Of a stretch of DNA of 63,637 nt, positions 50,815 through 63,637 are shown one piece after another. A program made the position numbers and the translations under genes. The stretch spans positions 11,410,001-11,473,637 of the forward strand of contig CM052832.1 of the NCBI GenBank assembly GCA_028534125.1. Reading direction: 5' to 3'. Below the pieces are notes generated by a model, which had not been told where the DNA came from, made no database searches, and was given only the letters and a program-made list of their open reading frames with translations. The first letter of the stretch is position 1, and each line of letters starts with the position of its first letter. Source of the stretch: Lama glama. Lineage: Eukaryota.

Positions 50815-51262
50815 TATAAATTAGGAATGCTTTCAGCTGCGAGTATTATCTGTCTATTAATAACTTAAGTTACAGGGACAGACACTATTTTCCTACCAAG
50901 AAGTTCAAAGGTAGGCAGTCTCAGAGCTGATCCAGCAGCTCAGTGATTTTCATCAGGGTCTCAAGTTATTGCATCATCATTCTTAGTGTATTGATTTTTC
51001 ATCCTCATGTGAGTTGCCTCATGGTGACAGAATGTCTGCCAAAGTTCCAGGCATCACATAACATTCATATTCAAAACAAGAAGGAGGAGTGAATGGTGCT
51101 ATCAAATTCTCTTCTTGAGTTTTGTCCCTTTAGCAGGAAAGCAAAAGACTTCCCAGAAGATCACCCCAAACTTTGTCGTACACTTTCTTTGGTCAAAAAT
51201 GTATCCTGCAGCCATTCTAAGGTGCCAGGAAGGCTAGGAACATGGAGATATGTCTTTTCTAG
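50815..51262. mobile_element. MLT1J/K/L-like MaLR LTR relic
   Basis: ttaggaatgctttcagctgcgagta...aagaagttcaaaggtaggcagt...cagcagctcagtgat...aggaaggctaggaa. Confidence 0.6.
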
Positions 51263-51267
51263 CCTCT

Positions 51268-51998
51268 AGAGATGCGATGTCCACTAGCTACCTGTGACTA
51301 TTGAATACTTGAAATGAGATTAGTGCAACTGAGGCTCTGAATTTCTAATTTTATTTAATTTTAATTTCTATATATTAATGTATAATAATTTTATTTTATA
51401 TTTAATTTAAGTATAAAAATGAAAGCAGTAAAAAACATATCTTAATTAGCTACAACTTTATTGTTTCAGTAGGACTACATTTCCCTTTAATCATGCACTT
51501 TAATCATTGCATGGTACAAGATTTTAATATTATATTGTAGTACATGTGTCAGCAGGCACCTGCATTGTTTTGAGTATTACACATAAACATTTAACTGACC
51601 AGCTTTGTCAATGTGGATGCAAATATTAAAGGACAATACTTTTTTAGCCCTCATTTAAGGTTATTGGAAAACCTTTAAGAATGTTTGGAAAAATCATAAA
51701 TGTTATGACACATAATTATAGATCATATTTCCAGTGTCAATTCAGTGTCTGAACTGAGATGTGCTATAAGTATAAAATATGCAAAGGAGTTCAAAGATTT
51801 ATGATAAAAATCAAATGTAAATATCTTAATTTTATAAATGGTAATTACATATTGAAATTATAATGTTTTTGGATTTAATGGGTTAAAATATGTTATTAAA
51901 ATTAATTTTACCATTTCTTTTACCTTATTAATGTATCTACCAGAAAACTTAAAATTACTTATATGACTTGCATTATAATTTTTATTGAAGAGTGTGCT
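51268..51998. mobile_element. Charlie1/MER33-like hAT DNA transposon relic
   Basis: ccactagctacctgtgactattgaatacttgaaatg...gatgtgctataagtataaaatat...tattaaaattaattttacc...aaaacttaaaattacttatatgacttgcattata. Confidence 0.75.
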
Positions 51999-52699
51999 TG
52001 CCTAGAGTGAGAGGAAGACAAAGGTGAAGGGGATTAGGGACGATTTTTCAGTTAGCCAAACAATAGGGTTGGCCTCCCTCATATTGCCTGTGTCATCTGC
52101 TCATGAAGAATACTTCTCTCCTCAGCTGTTTACTGGTACAGAGCAGTGTTCAGTAAATCTTAACTATGATTTATTGTTGAGATTATTCCTATTACTATCA
52201 AGTTTGACCTTAACTGAGACCCAGCTGAGCTTTAGGCAAATTCTAGCTTAAGGGTGACGTCTTCCAAAAGTCTTCTTTGACCACCTAGTTTAGCACTTTT
52301 ATTTATGCATGCATATTCACTTTCATATAAAGAAATAATTTTATATTGAAACAAATGTAAAAGAATGCAATAAGGAAGTTAGTAATTCTGCCAGGAGGAG
52401 TCATGAAAGCCAGAAGAGGTAGCACTTGAACTGGAATTAGAAAAATGAATTAGAGCCTATCCTATGGGAAAGGGCATTCCAAGCCAAGGAGACAGTATTG
52501 CAAAAGCATAAAAAGATGCAGTGTATTTGGATACTGGTGAAAATTTAGCTGGAATAAAGATTGCTTGGATTTGAAGGTAGAATTTGGGCTTTCTGTAAGG
52601 GTGGAGTGGGGAGTAAGTAGGCTATTTCTCTAAGCAGGGAAATGATATAACAGATGTGTTCCTTGTATATCCTTCTTTCTTGTAAGGGATTTATTCTGA

Positions 52700-54830
52700 T
52701 GTTGTTTCTCTACCTTCTCAACTTCATTAACTTACAGTCTTCCTTATTTTTTAATATGATCCTAAAGCTATAAATTTGCCATTAATTACTGATTTAGCTG
52801 CATCCACAAGATTTGATATGGGAATATTAATATTGTTATAAATAGTGTCTACTTTCCTTTTTGATTTTTCTTTGATCCATGAGTAATTTTGAGATGTTCT
52901 ATAAATGATCAAACATATGGACCTTTTAGAGGTGTCTTTCTGTTATTAATTTCTAATTTTATTGTACTATCATCAGTGAACATAGTTTCTATGACTAAAT
53001 CTTTGTACTTGTTTAGACTTGCTTTGGGACCTAGTACATACTTGGCTTTTGTCAGTGTTCCATGTATGCTTAAAAAGTATGCATATTTTCCCATTTGGGG
53101 ATATAGGATTTTTGTGTGCTTTTTGAATTAAGCTCACTAGCCATATTATTTCAGATCCTCAGCAATTTTACTCATTTTGTCTAGTTGATCTTCCAATTAT
53201 TGAGATGGTATATTTAAATGTTCCATTAGGGTAATGGATTTCACCACTTTTTTGTAATTTGTTTATTTTGGTTCTTTCCATTTTGATGCTGTATCAGAGC
53301 TTTCAATTTATGAATTATTGTATCTGCTTTGTGATTTCTTTTTATCAATAAATGGTGAGCTTATTAGCCCCTAACAAAGTACGTTGCTTAAAATTTATTT
53401 TGCCTGATATTAATTTTGCTACACTGGCTTTCTTTTGGTTAGCATTTACTTTTAATATTTTTTTCCGTTCTTTTACTTTCTATCTTCCTAGGTCCTTGTA
53501 TTTTTATATGAGTCTCTTATAAATAGCATATAGTTGGATTTTTAAAATCCAGTCTGACAATCTTTATTGTTATGATAATGAATTTGATCTATTTCCATTT
53601 TTTGTGATTCTGATATCTTGGATTTCATTTTTTTAACTTATCCTTTCTATTCAAATTTCAAATTTTAATTCAAGTTCAAAATTCATATTATAATTTGTCT
53701 TTGCTTCCTTTTTTTTTTCTTTCCTACTTTTAGTAGATTTATTGAAGGTTTTTTCCCCATCATTTTTCTGTTTTGGCTTGGACATCTTATATGTTAATTC
53801 TGTTATTCTCAAGTTTAACAAGCAACTTTTACTTTGTGAAATCTAAAGTTAGCTGATAGTTCTACCCCTTTCTAAACTAAAGAATCTTAGACAATTTTAA
53901 TTCCAAGCAGTCTTCATCTTAAACATTATTGTCATCCAATATATGACCAGATTATTTTTATTCATCTTTTTTTCCAAATTAATAAATTGTATTAATGCTG
54001 TTATATACAGGCACTAGTTATTTAGATTTATCCTCCTTGTTTGTTTGTTTATTTAACTTTACTTGCCTTTACTATTTCTTCTTCTATTGCCCTTCTTACT
54101 TTTGGGTTTAGCATTTTTCTTCATGAAGTAAAATAGAAGAATGAGTTCCTACCATGTGGGAAAGGGCATTCCAAGCCAAGAAGGCAGTAATGCAAAAGCC
54201 CAGAGTCATGAAAAGATAAGATATAGTGTGTTTGGATACTGGCAAAAATTTTTTTGTAGCTGGGGTATAAAGATTGCTTGGAATGGATGCTAAAGTTTGG
54301 ACTTTCTCTAAGGGTGGAGTGGGGAATAAGCATTCTGTCCCCCACATTTGAATGGCAGTTTAGCTGAGTGTAGAATTCTAGACTGATACATGTTTTCTCT
54401 CAATACTTTAAAGTTACTATCTTATTGTCTTTTTGTTTTCATTGTTACCATTGAGAAGTTTGCTATAAATCTAAGTGTCATTCTTTAGGAAGTTATATGT
54501 CTTTTAAAACCCCTGGATACTTCTAAGATCTCTTGTCTTTGGTGCTCTCAGCACCAATATTATGTTTGGGGAATGAGTTTTGTTTTATTTTTTCCTGCCC
54601 AGGATTTAATATGCTCCTGAATACCAAGATTCACATATTTATTATTTCTGGAGCCATTATCTCTTTTAATATTGATTCTCCCCAATTCTCTCTCTTCTTT
54701 GGAAACTCCTGTTAGACATCTGTTGGATCTTATTCTACCTTTCACATCTCAATCTCTCTTTCATATTATCCTTCTCTTTAGATATCTGTGCTGTGTTTTG
54801 AGTGACTTCCTCAGATCAGTCTTTTCCCTT
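52700..54830 (-). mobile_element. Old L1M fragment carrying a ~180-bp locally copied insertion near 54140-54330
   Basis: taaagctataaatttgcc...tttagctgcatccacaagatttgatat...tcttataaatagcatatagttggatttt...aatggcagtttagctgagtgtagaattcta. Confidence 0.75.
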
Positions 54831-57800
54831 TTTCTTTCTGAGTCTTTGTAACAAAGATGCCTGAAGCCAGCATAGCCTTTGCATTTTTCAGTTACCTGAA
54901 CTAATACAATCCATTTTTGAAGCCATCTTAATTTTAGGCTTCCATTATTTGCAACCCAAAAATTCTAATATATATTCACACAACTAGTTAGTCATCATTT
55001 TCCATCAGAAGTGTCTATAGAATTCAGTGCTCCTTTCTATCCCCACTGAATTCCTCATTGTCAGTTATGCCACTTAGATGGGCAGAAAGTGTGGCAGCTA
55101 GTAAACAAGGATCACGATGAACAGTCAGAAACATAGAAGGAGAGTAAGGAGGGAACTACACTACGATGCCAAAGAAGAAAATTTTAATAATTAAGGAATG
55201 TTTCAATACTATAGAGAATCCAAGAGGTATGAGAACTGAAAAATATGCAGTGGAATTGCCAATTAGGAGATGACTGCTGGTGTATTCTGTCTTTGTTTTT
55301 TATGCCTTATGCTGATTCTTTATCAATTGCTATAATTAGCAAAAAGCATAAAAGATGGATATTCCAAAAATATTAAGTGATTAATGGATTTTATTTTGGG
55401 GGTTTGGGAATATACAAAATAGCTTTTTGGTAAATGGTTTCTATGGAAGGAATGACAAATCCTGTTTTCAAAAAACAAAAAAGGCAGTTTTAAATTGAAA
55501 GTAATTTGGAAAGGATGTAAAATTTGCAAGTCAGACAGTTCAACTCAGAGCCAAGTTCCCCTATGAGCTTATGGAATCTTCCTACAGTGGTCTAGGTGAA
55601 TGGGAAGCTATTTAAAGGGATTAATTAGAAATTTCAAACTATTTTTCAAAAAAGGCACACACTTTTGCCAATTCACACTGGGCCCATTTCCCCCTTATTG
55701 TGGTCCTGGGAAGTGTTAATCATACTCAAAGCATCAGAAATGAAAAATTTAAAAAAAAATTAAAAAAAAAAAAGAAATGAAAAATTGTCTTTTCAGATCA
55801 GTTACTACTCTTGCAACTGACAAAGGGGCAATGATCATGTCAAATGTTTCTTCAGCCAAAGACCATTAACATAGCAGGTGTCCTTGGGAGAGGGCTCTGT
55901 AACAGAAGGCCTCAGAATTCTCCTTCCACCACAGACTCATCACTGCATCACATTTATTTTCTATGCTTGCTGTGTCTATAAGTCCATCTGTCTAAGTAAC
56001 TAGCTTTGGGCAACTCAGAGGCATCTATCATCACTGACTCTTTAACAACACTGTGGGTTAAATCAACCCAAAGAGAGATATTTCTTCCTTGACCTCAATT
56101 CCAGGAGGTCTAAGTGAGTTGGAAGAGGGGTGGGGGAGGATGTCCAGGAATCATAGCATTATAGGAATTGTGTGCTGTGGCTGCAAGAGTTGCTTTTGCA
56201 TCTGTTCTGAAATGTATTTTCCTGATCATTTGCTTTCTGTGCCATTTTTACTATTTATTTTGTTGCTTGGCTCACACTGGGCCTGAGCTTGACTTTGGCG
56301 CATACGTCTGGAAAGCTCATTCTCCTTCCACACATCCTGCTCTTTTAATAAAACGGTTCCTTTTTTTTTATATACAAACTGGCTGATTACAGCATTTGGT
56401 AACAGGAAAAACACTGATAATTCGCTTAAAATGAGTCACTTTTGCACCAGACTGGGAGCCCCGTGACTCATAATTACGAGTTCAAAGACTGGGTGTTTGT
56501 AACAAGAGGAAGCCCAGCCAGAGGGGCTTTCAGCCCCCTCACTCTCTGTATCCTTTAGATCCAGAGAGCAGATTACTGCCCAGGGCAACCCAAAGCTCAT
56601 TAGTGAACCAGTGAAATGAAAGGCAGCTTCTTGGGCTTGGGCAGAGAGGACAGTCTTTCTCCCCAGCCATGTGAACTACAAACAGTTAACCAGGTCCTAG
56701 AGCATCTGCCAGTGAACATTTTCCACCACAGATGAATGCCAATCCAAGAAGCTTTTAAGTAAATCAAATGTGGATTCTTCTTCATCATGCTACTTAACTG
56801 TTAGCACCCTTTCCTTCCCCCTCCTCTTCCTGCCACGGGAGCAGATGGCCACCATCAGGGCCCCATGCTCTTGGCATCGTTTTCCACAATCCAGTTCTGC
56901 TTCTGGCTTAAAGGAAAGACAGGATAAAAAATTAAAAACAAAAAACAAAAAACTGAGCAGTGAGGCAAGAAGTCAGACAAAAGCTATTACTGCAAGTACT
57001 GAGTGAAAAGCTGCTCACGTGTTGCTACCATGTGAAGAGACGCGGCAAAGAGCAGAGGATAAACACTAGTAGGAGCCGCGAGGCCAGCAGGATGTGGAGC
57101 CAATCTGTGGTTTCCCTGGATACCTCAAAAGTGAGAAGCCCCCAACCCCCGCCTGCCCCAGACACCCCTGGAGTTCAGGAAAGGGAAAAACGATACTGGT
57201 GGGCACGTCTCGTGTGTGTACCACCCCATACAAATATACACCAGCCCCGCAAGGTGTACCAGCATCACCAGCCCAGCACCCCTTACAAAGAGCCCCTGCC
57301 CGGATCAGGTCTGATGGAGGAGAGCATGGCACAGCAGAGAGATTACAGCCGCACCTGCGGAGGTGGAGGGACCTTCATCTGCAGGAGAAACTCTGCTGGA
57401 AAGACCCAGAGGACATAAGGAGATATGATTTGAGCTGTTTTCCAAATTCAGTTATCATTTAAATGAGGAGAGCATTTAAATCTGACACTAAAAGGCGTGC
57501 CTTTGAGAATTGTGCTTACCATCAGCCATCAGCCAAGGCCTTGAAATGCCTTCCTTGGAGTTTTTGTAACATCAGCACCCATTAATTATTTTACACGCAA
57601 CAAAATGTTTTTATTACTACAGGTCTGAGAACTCAAATGCTGGTGCAAAAGCAAACTCTCCAGTCCCAGGGCGGGGGTTTACATGGAGCCTTCTCAGTGC
57701 GTTAGACCCCAGCCCACCTCTTACCACCCCAGGTCCTTTCCTACCTACTTGTACAAGTTGAGGGAGAGAAACAAGCATCTATAAAAGGCCTACTGTGAAC

Positions 57801-60039
57801 GAGTCACAGTGTTGCATTCTTTCTGTATTTCAGTCCCTTTTAATCCTCCAAACAAGCCTAGGGAGTGGGCACAACTAGCCTCATTTTATGGCTAATAAAC
57901 TGAGGCTACCACATCTTTGCAAGCTCCTGAATGAAAAGAGGCTTCCTTTGTACCGACTGTCAGACAAACCATGAGCCGCGTAGCACCGCTCGGTGACCAG
58001 TCACTTAATACCCTTCCTTCTCAGCTACCCACTGTCTGTCAGCTCATCTCAAGAGGTTAGGTTCTTCCTTTTTGACAGAATACTTTACTGACCACCTAAT
58101 ATGTGCCAGACACAGTTAAGTTCATGCCACACTTTCCAGAACCCTCTTTCAGTTACACTTTCATCAACTGGAATGTTCTGCACACATTTAACAACTTAAT
58201 CCTTCCCTTTTCAGACACATGTTTGCTCCCTGACCCAGTCCTTCTGGGATGCAGGACCCTTAACATCCCATCCCCACAGCCACCTCCCACCTCCACCAAA
58301 CACACGCACTGTGGACCTTACATGGATAATTATTTCCACCTCAAACAGGAAAACTAAGGAACAGAGGAATTAAGTAACTCATTCATCAAGATTGTACCCT
58401 AGTAGTGTCCCTTTTGACAGCTCTTGTTTCCTCAGGCACTGCTGAGAACTGCTGTCGGGGAGTAAACTGGCTTCCTAGAAAGCAAGAACTTTAATTCAGA
58501 AACTCCCTCGAGGAAGCTAGCCTACAGAAACAATACAAAATGCCTTTGTGCAAATACCACGTCCTCAGAGAGACATTCCTCTCATCCCCATAAGGAAAAT
58601 AGCCTTCCCCGTTGTTCTCTCTCTCTATCCCCTTACCTGGCAGTATTTCTCCTCATAGAGCTCATTAGCGGGATGGATTTATCTGCTCTCCTTGTCGATT
58701 TACCCTCAGGAGAATGTGCGCTCTCCAAGGAGATAGGCCTTTGTTCCCCAACTCCAAGAACAGTAACTGGGTATATACAGTGGGCAGTCAGTAAATACTT
58801 GTTATATTAAGTAAGTAAGTAATTCATTAAATGTAAAATAAAATTTATACACCAAGATGCTCACTGCAGCATTATTTACATAGTATATATAAGATAATGT
58901 ACAAGTCCAATATTAGGGAATAGACTCTAATGGTGAAATATTATACAAGGGTAAAAGATAATATTCATGAAGAATTTAATGACTTAGAAAAAAAGGTTAT
59001 GAGGTAATCTAAAGTGAAGTAAGCAGGCTACAAAACGATATATATACAGTATCAACTTAACTATGTAGTAAAACAAAGCATAGGAAAAACAGAGGTGGAG
59101 AAATTGTGAGTGACTTTTTTTCTGCTTCTTTATACCATTCTTTATTTCACACAGCTCTGGCCATGGGCAAGTGCTACCTTGATAATTAGGAAAGGTAATG
59201 TTCTTACCTCATTAGGCAAAGATACGGAGGTTTACATCTTTAGGACTTGCCTTCAGCATCAACTATATTCCTCTCTGAATCCCCACAGGATAATGCATCT
59301 ATGAAAGAAAAATTCCTCAAAACCCTTCCTGAATGACTTAATTCCAATGGTTCATACTGGCAGATTACTTCTCCCTGTTGAGGGTGCACAAATGCCAGGC
59401 ACAGACATTAACTCAGTGACCCTCTAGCAGTCTGCAGTGATGCTGGACATCCCTAAAGATTCTCATTTCTCTGCCTTAGAAATGGAAGGTCTTGCCAGGA
59501 GAGGGAATGGGAGCGGTTCCCTCAGCCCCCTGCCCCCCGCCCCCCGCCACTTACAGGTGGGGTGTAGTTTGGCTCCCTTTAGAAATAATGATTTCTAGGT
59601 TTAATATACAGAAAATAAAATTAAAAACCAAACTAACAACCGCAGAAGTGAAAACTAAGTGAGAGAGAGCCAGCAGAAGAGTGAGGTGATGAGGTTACCA
59701 GGGGATGGGTTAGCCATAGTTTGTGGGAGCTTCCCCAGGCAGGTCCCTGGTAAAGAAAGGTCATTTGAAGCACTGTGACTGTGGGTGCAAAGAGGAGACA
59801 GTGCCAACCTGGGAGTCATGGCCTTCACAGGAGGCAGGTTGGTCGGGCTCAACGTGGAAGGCAGTATGTGTGCGCAAAGCTGGTATCTGCTGGGGGACCT
59901 GTTTCCAATAGGACTGTGGCTTCTCTCTTCCTTCCTCCCTCCCACCCTCATCTGCTTCCTCCCTTCCTTCTTTTCTTCCTTCCTTTCCAGCACCAGAGAA
60001 GGAGCCATGAGCAAGACAGATACACCTATGTGGAGATTT

Positions 60040-60610
60040 CATTCTACACCGTATATGTAGTTTCAGATGGTGACATGCTAGGAAGGCTACAAAACAAAAT
60101 GAACAGGGTAGGAAACAGTTGGGGTGGGTTGAGGACCAAAGTAAGTAACGTGTGAGTTAAGAAATGAATGAGGAGTTGACAGTCATAAAAGTTCAATGAA
60201 AGAATATTCCAGACCAAAGGAAGAAACAACAAACCCAGAGGCAGGAATACTGACATATCTGAGGAGAGAAGGCCAGTGAGCCCAGAAGGCAAAGGGGACA
60301 TGAGTGAGGCGTGAGCAGGGAGACCTTCAGGCAGAGACCAGATGCTGTGAGGCCTGCCAGGCTGAGGAGTTTGGGGGTTGTTCAGGGGCCACGGGAAGCC
60401 ACTAGAAACTCTAAAGCAGAGGAGTGACATGTTTATGTTCCTAGAAACCTACTCAGGTTGTTCTGTGGGGAAGATATTGCGGGAGAGCAAGATGGACACT
60501 AGCAAAGCAGTTAGGAGACTGTCCAGGTGCACAGGTGGTGCCTCAGGTCGGGATGAAGAGAGGCCAGGGGAAGCAAAGAGATGTGAGGCATATTTTGAAG
60601 AATAGCTGAC
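60040..60610 (-). mobile_element. L2 fragment
   Basis: gaatattccagaccaaaggaagaaaca...gggaagccactagaaactctaaagcagaggagtgacatg...ttaggagactgtccaggt. Confidence 0.7.
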
Positions 60611-61673
60611 AGGGCCTGCTGGTGGAGCTGGTATGGGAACTGAGGAAGCTTGGAAGAGTCCTAGGATTTTTGTTCCTCTTCCAGAGAAGAGGGACGAAGT
60701 TGCTCGGGCAAGAGAGAAGGGAAAAGATGCTAAGATGGTGGCTGCTTGTTCTGTTGTTACCAGTGGAAAAGCCTGGACTGCAGGCGAATCCACCAGCTCC
60801 AACTCCTCTGACCCATAACGTTCATGCAGTGCGAGCAAGAACCACCAGTAGATGTGGTGTCAGGATGGTGAGGAAGCCCCTATCCTGTGGCATTTATTTC
60901 CTCAGTGAGGTGAGGCTGTTACTGTGGAGCGAGCCTGGCTGGTGGGTTCAGGAGGCAGAGAACCCAGAAGCAGTGGAGCCAGCCTGACAGTTTAAACCAT
61001 GCCCTCTCCCTCCGTCGCTAAACCATAATTTGCTACCACCTTAAGAATTCTCCTACTGGGTTAAAGTAATTCTTGCCCTCGAAACAGCTTGCTGTGCGTA
61101 GGTTTTTAGATGACTCACCATTACTTATGATGATAATAATGACCCATTTTTACACTTTCACTTTTTATAGGGTAGTCCATATTTCTTCATTCACTCTGGC
61201 AGAGACTCAAATAAATGATTCATAGCTGCCATATTCAGGGTTTTCTTTATTTTTATTGTAAAATTTAGACAGAGAAAACTGCACTGGAGGTGTATGTACA
61301 GTTTAACAAATAACGCTTATAAGAAAAGCAAGTTAACCAGAGATACCTCATCCTTCCTCACTCATTCAGTTGACACACGTTGTTTGGAGCATCTCCTGCG
61401 TTCCAGGCATGGAGCTTGGAGCTGGGGCTTCAGACGGCACACTCACTTGCCTTTCGGAACTCACGGCCTGAGGGGTCGGGGTGGTGGGCATGTGAAATAG
61501 CCATGGAAATGCATCACTGCAGAAGGTATTCAGTAGTTTTACCAGGGAGGTATGCAGCAAGTGCTACCCCCCCTTATTAATCCTTCACAGTAACATTGAG
61601 AGACCTGAGTTCTATTAGCTTCATCTTATAGATGAGAAGGCTGAGACTCAGAGCCATTTAAATGGCAGACCCA

Positions 61674-61787
61674 GTGAGGAGGGTACAGCTCAGTGGTAAA
61701 GCACATGCTTAGTTAGCATGCACGAGGTCCTGGGTTCAATCCCCAGCACATCCATTAAAAAATAATAATTAACTAATTAATTAATTG
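61674..61787 (+). mobile_element. tRNA-derived camelid SINE (Vic-1-like) inserted into a MIR (~61580-61880), with TSD
   Basis: gagggtacagctcagtggtaaagcacatgcttagttagcatgcacgaggtcctgggttcaatccccagcacatcc plus an A/T tail. B box ggttcaatccc at 61733-61743. TSD aatggcagaccc (61661-61672) and aatggcaggccc (61788-61799). Confidence 0.9.
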
Positions 61788-63204
61788 AATGGCAGGCCCC
61801 AAGTCAGACAGCTAGAGAAGGAAGCCGGCACTCAAACCCACGTCTTCTGACACCAGAGCCTGGTTCCTTTTTTCCAACCACTGGACCAGAGTAGCACTGA
61901 GGTTACACGCTAGAGCAGATAATACTTCCTCAGTCTTCTGAGGGAGGGAGGGTTGCCTGTCGAAGACCCCAGTGGCCCTCGGCCTGGGAATGCCCTGGGC
62001 AGGCAGGGAATTAGTTGAGAGTGTGGTGTCTGGCCCTAGAGGTCACTTGGGCCCAAATTTCCCCATAGCCGAAGGAAAGCCCCGGGGTGCTCCCAGTCAG
62101 TCTCCACCAGGCTCTTCAGCAGCTCCTCCCCACCCCTGTGCCTCGGCTCTTCTGTTCCCTACACAGGGAACGATGGTGACCTCCTTTCTTCCAGTTCCTG
62201 CTCCTCCATTCCTCTAAAACCTTCCCCAGGAAGGTTGTTCTTTGGGAAGTCCCTGTGCAGTCACGCCCCTCCTTTTGCTTCCTTGCGATCGTCCCACTGT
62301 CTATACCACATTATCTCACTGTCGGTGCACTGTCTCTGAGCGCTCTCCTGCTTTATAATGTAAGCTTTGACCTGGCCATTTCCCCAGAGCTTTATATCGT
62401 GAGGTCAAGGGAAGTGGTTCCTTTATTTCTCTGGAACTAGCCCTGGAAGAGGGCTGTCAATAGCGTCGACACTTAGGACTTGTGACCAGATGGTCTGCTT
62501 CACCAACTGACTCACTGCCTGAGTGAACAAACAGATGTTTCATTTCAACAATGAAATGCTTTCCAGAGAAGCAGCTGTTAAGAGCCAGAGAGGTCAAAGG
62601 GAAAATGATGGCCTCCCAGACCCTTTTCACCTCTTTTTCACAACTGTTGCTCGTTTGGGGTGGGAGGTTATTCTCTGCTGGAGTCCACACTCTGAGAACT
62701 GGGACCCTGACCCTTCCCTTCCCTGCACTGTCCTCCCTGCTTCAGGCCAACAGAACCATCTTAAGCATGTGCTCCTATGGTGGAGACCTTTCTGAGCACA
62801 AGCTCTGTAGAGAGTGGGGAGAGAGAACTGCTTAACTGGAGCTGCCACGGTGGGCTAACTGGCAAAGTCCTCATGGCCAGAGTCAAGGCTTCACTCCAAG
62901 TCGCCCAGGTCCCCCTTACCTCTTATCCTTTCCCCACCCCCCAGGTTCCCCTTCACCAAGATCTCCAGTTCATCCTGGCCAGTTAGCATAGTGGGCTAAA
63001 GATCTCCAGTTCTTCTGAGCTGCCATCTGCACTCATGGTTTCCAGTCCACATTCCAACTCACAGCCTTCCAAAACTGTCTTTTCCTCTTTACCATCTCTG
63101 ACTCCTGAGCCCATAGGTCTGACCTCAGTGGTTTGCCGGTATTTATGAGATCATTTCTACTTGGCAAATGATTTACATTTAGGAACACAATATGCAAAAG
63201 GAAG

Positions 63205-63430
63205 GTTTTGGAGTCAGACAAACCTGCAATCAAGTTATGGCTTTGCCATTTTACTCACTGTTGTCTTGGGTCACTTTTAACTTCTTTCAACCTCAGTTGC
63301 CTTACCTGTAAAATGGGCCCAATATTTCCTAGCTGAGAGGGTCACTGTATGTAATCCCCCTAGCACAGAGTTCTCAGTAAGTATTAGCTCCCTCCCCAAT
63401 AGAATTATTGTGAAGGCTGAGTTAATATTT
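63205..63430 (+). mobile_element. MIR SINE fragment
   Basis: ttttggagtcagacaaacctg...gctttgccatttt...cctcagttgccttacctgtaaaatggg. Confidence 0.7.
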
Positions 63431-63439
63431 ATGAAATAA

Positions 63440-63637
63440 GAAAGGGGAACCCTCCTACACTGCTGGTGGGAATGCAGTTTGGTGCAGCCACTATGGAAAA
63501 CAGTGTGGAGATTCCTCAAAAGACTAGGAATAGACTTACCATATGACCCAGGAATCCCACTCCTGGGCTTGTATCCAGAAGGAACCCTACTTCAGGATGA
63601 CACCTGCACCCCAATGTTCATAGCAGCACTATTTACA
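63440..63637 (+). mobile_element. Young camelid-type L1 (ORF2 C-terminal part), cut by the window end
   Basis: Near-identical to the reverse complement of ~16174-16370 (gaaccctcctacactgctggtgggaatgcagtttggtgcagccact...gactaggaatagacttaccatatgacccaggaatcccactcctggg). Confidence 0.92.

Larger units (their letters stand above)
7818..63637 (+). other. KIF6: Large KIF6 intron (U2-type donor), continuing beyond the window
   Basis: Donor AG|GTCAGT. I found no peptide resembling the expected next exon (MREEMSLG.QEAFEIFKRDH..., from recall) in the ORF track or by eye. The region is repeat-dominated. Confidence 0.75.

Noticed and set aside
56960..57462. Overlapping 152-aa and 122-aa ORFs as a hidden exon or retrogene
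   Set aside because: No recognisable homology, poly(A) tail or TSD. Higher local GC content explains the scarcity of stops.
61674..61760. tRNA gene (A and B boxes present); likewise 40170-40245 on the minus strand
   Set aside because: It has an A/T-rich tail, a TSD, an internal ttag duplication and no clean acceptor stem. This is a tRNA-derived SINE.
1..63637. A previously undescribed multi-gene or prokaryote-like system
   Set aside because: The window is explained by three KIF6 exons plus intronic repeats. I found no operon-like ORF cluster, NUMT, viral gene or recognisable snRNA/snoRNA gene, although short ncRNAs could be missed without an Rfam search.

Overview
Mammalian genomic DNA, very probably camelid (alpaca/camel), judged from Vic-1-like tRNA-derived SINEs and a camelid-type L1 3' UTR. 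The only protein-coding content I can support is three consecutive internal coding exons of the kinesin gene KIF6 on the + strand (2203-2308, 3168-3309, 7602-7817, post-motor stalk region). Everything after 7817 appears to be one large intron (>55 kb) filled with L1, L2, MIR, MaLR/ERVL LTR and hAT DNA-transposon relics. I see no new multi-gene system. The main observations are: (1) the intron 3310-7601 is a GT-AG U12-type (minor spliceosome) intron; (2) a ~1 kb micro-inversion with a ~250 bp inverted duplication has split an MLT1 element (32468-33731); (3) two local templated insertions copied sequence from ~1.4-1.7 kb upstream into L1 relics, one a perfect 59-bp copy; (4) a palindromic MER53 element carries a miR-1302-like arm; (5) there is a CpG-retaining 41-bp VNTR; (6) the 100-N gap and the window end fall at the same position of the same L1 subfamily. 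Repeat family names come from recalled consensus sequences and their boundaries are approximate. No database search was run.
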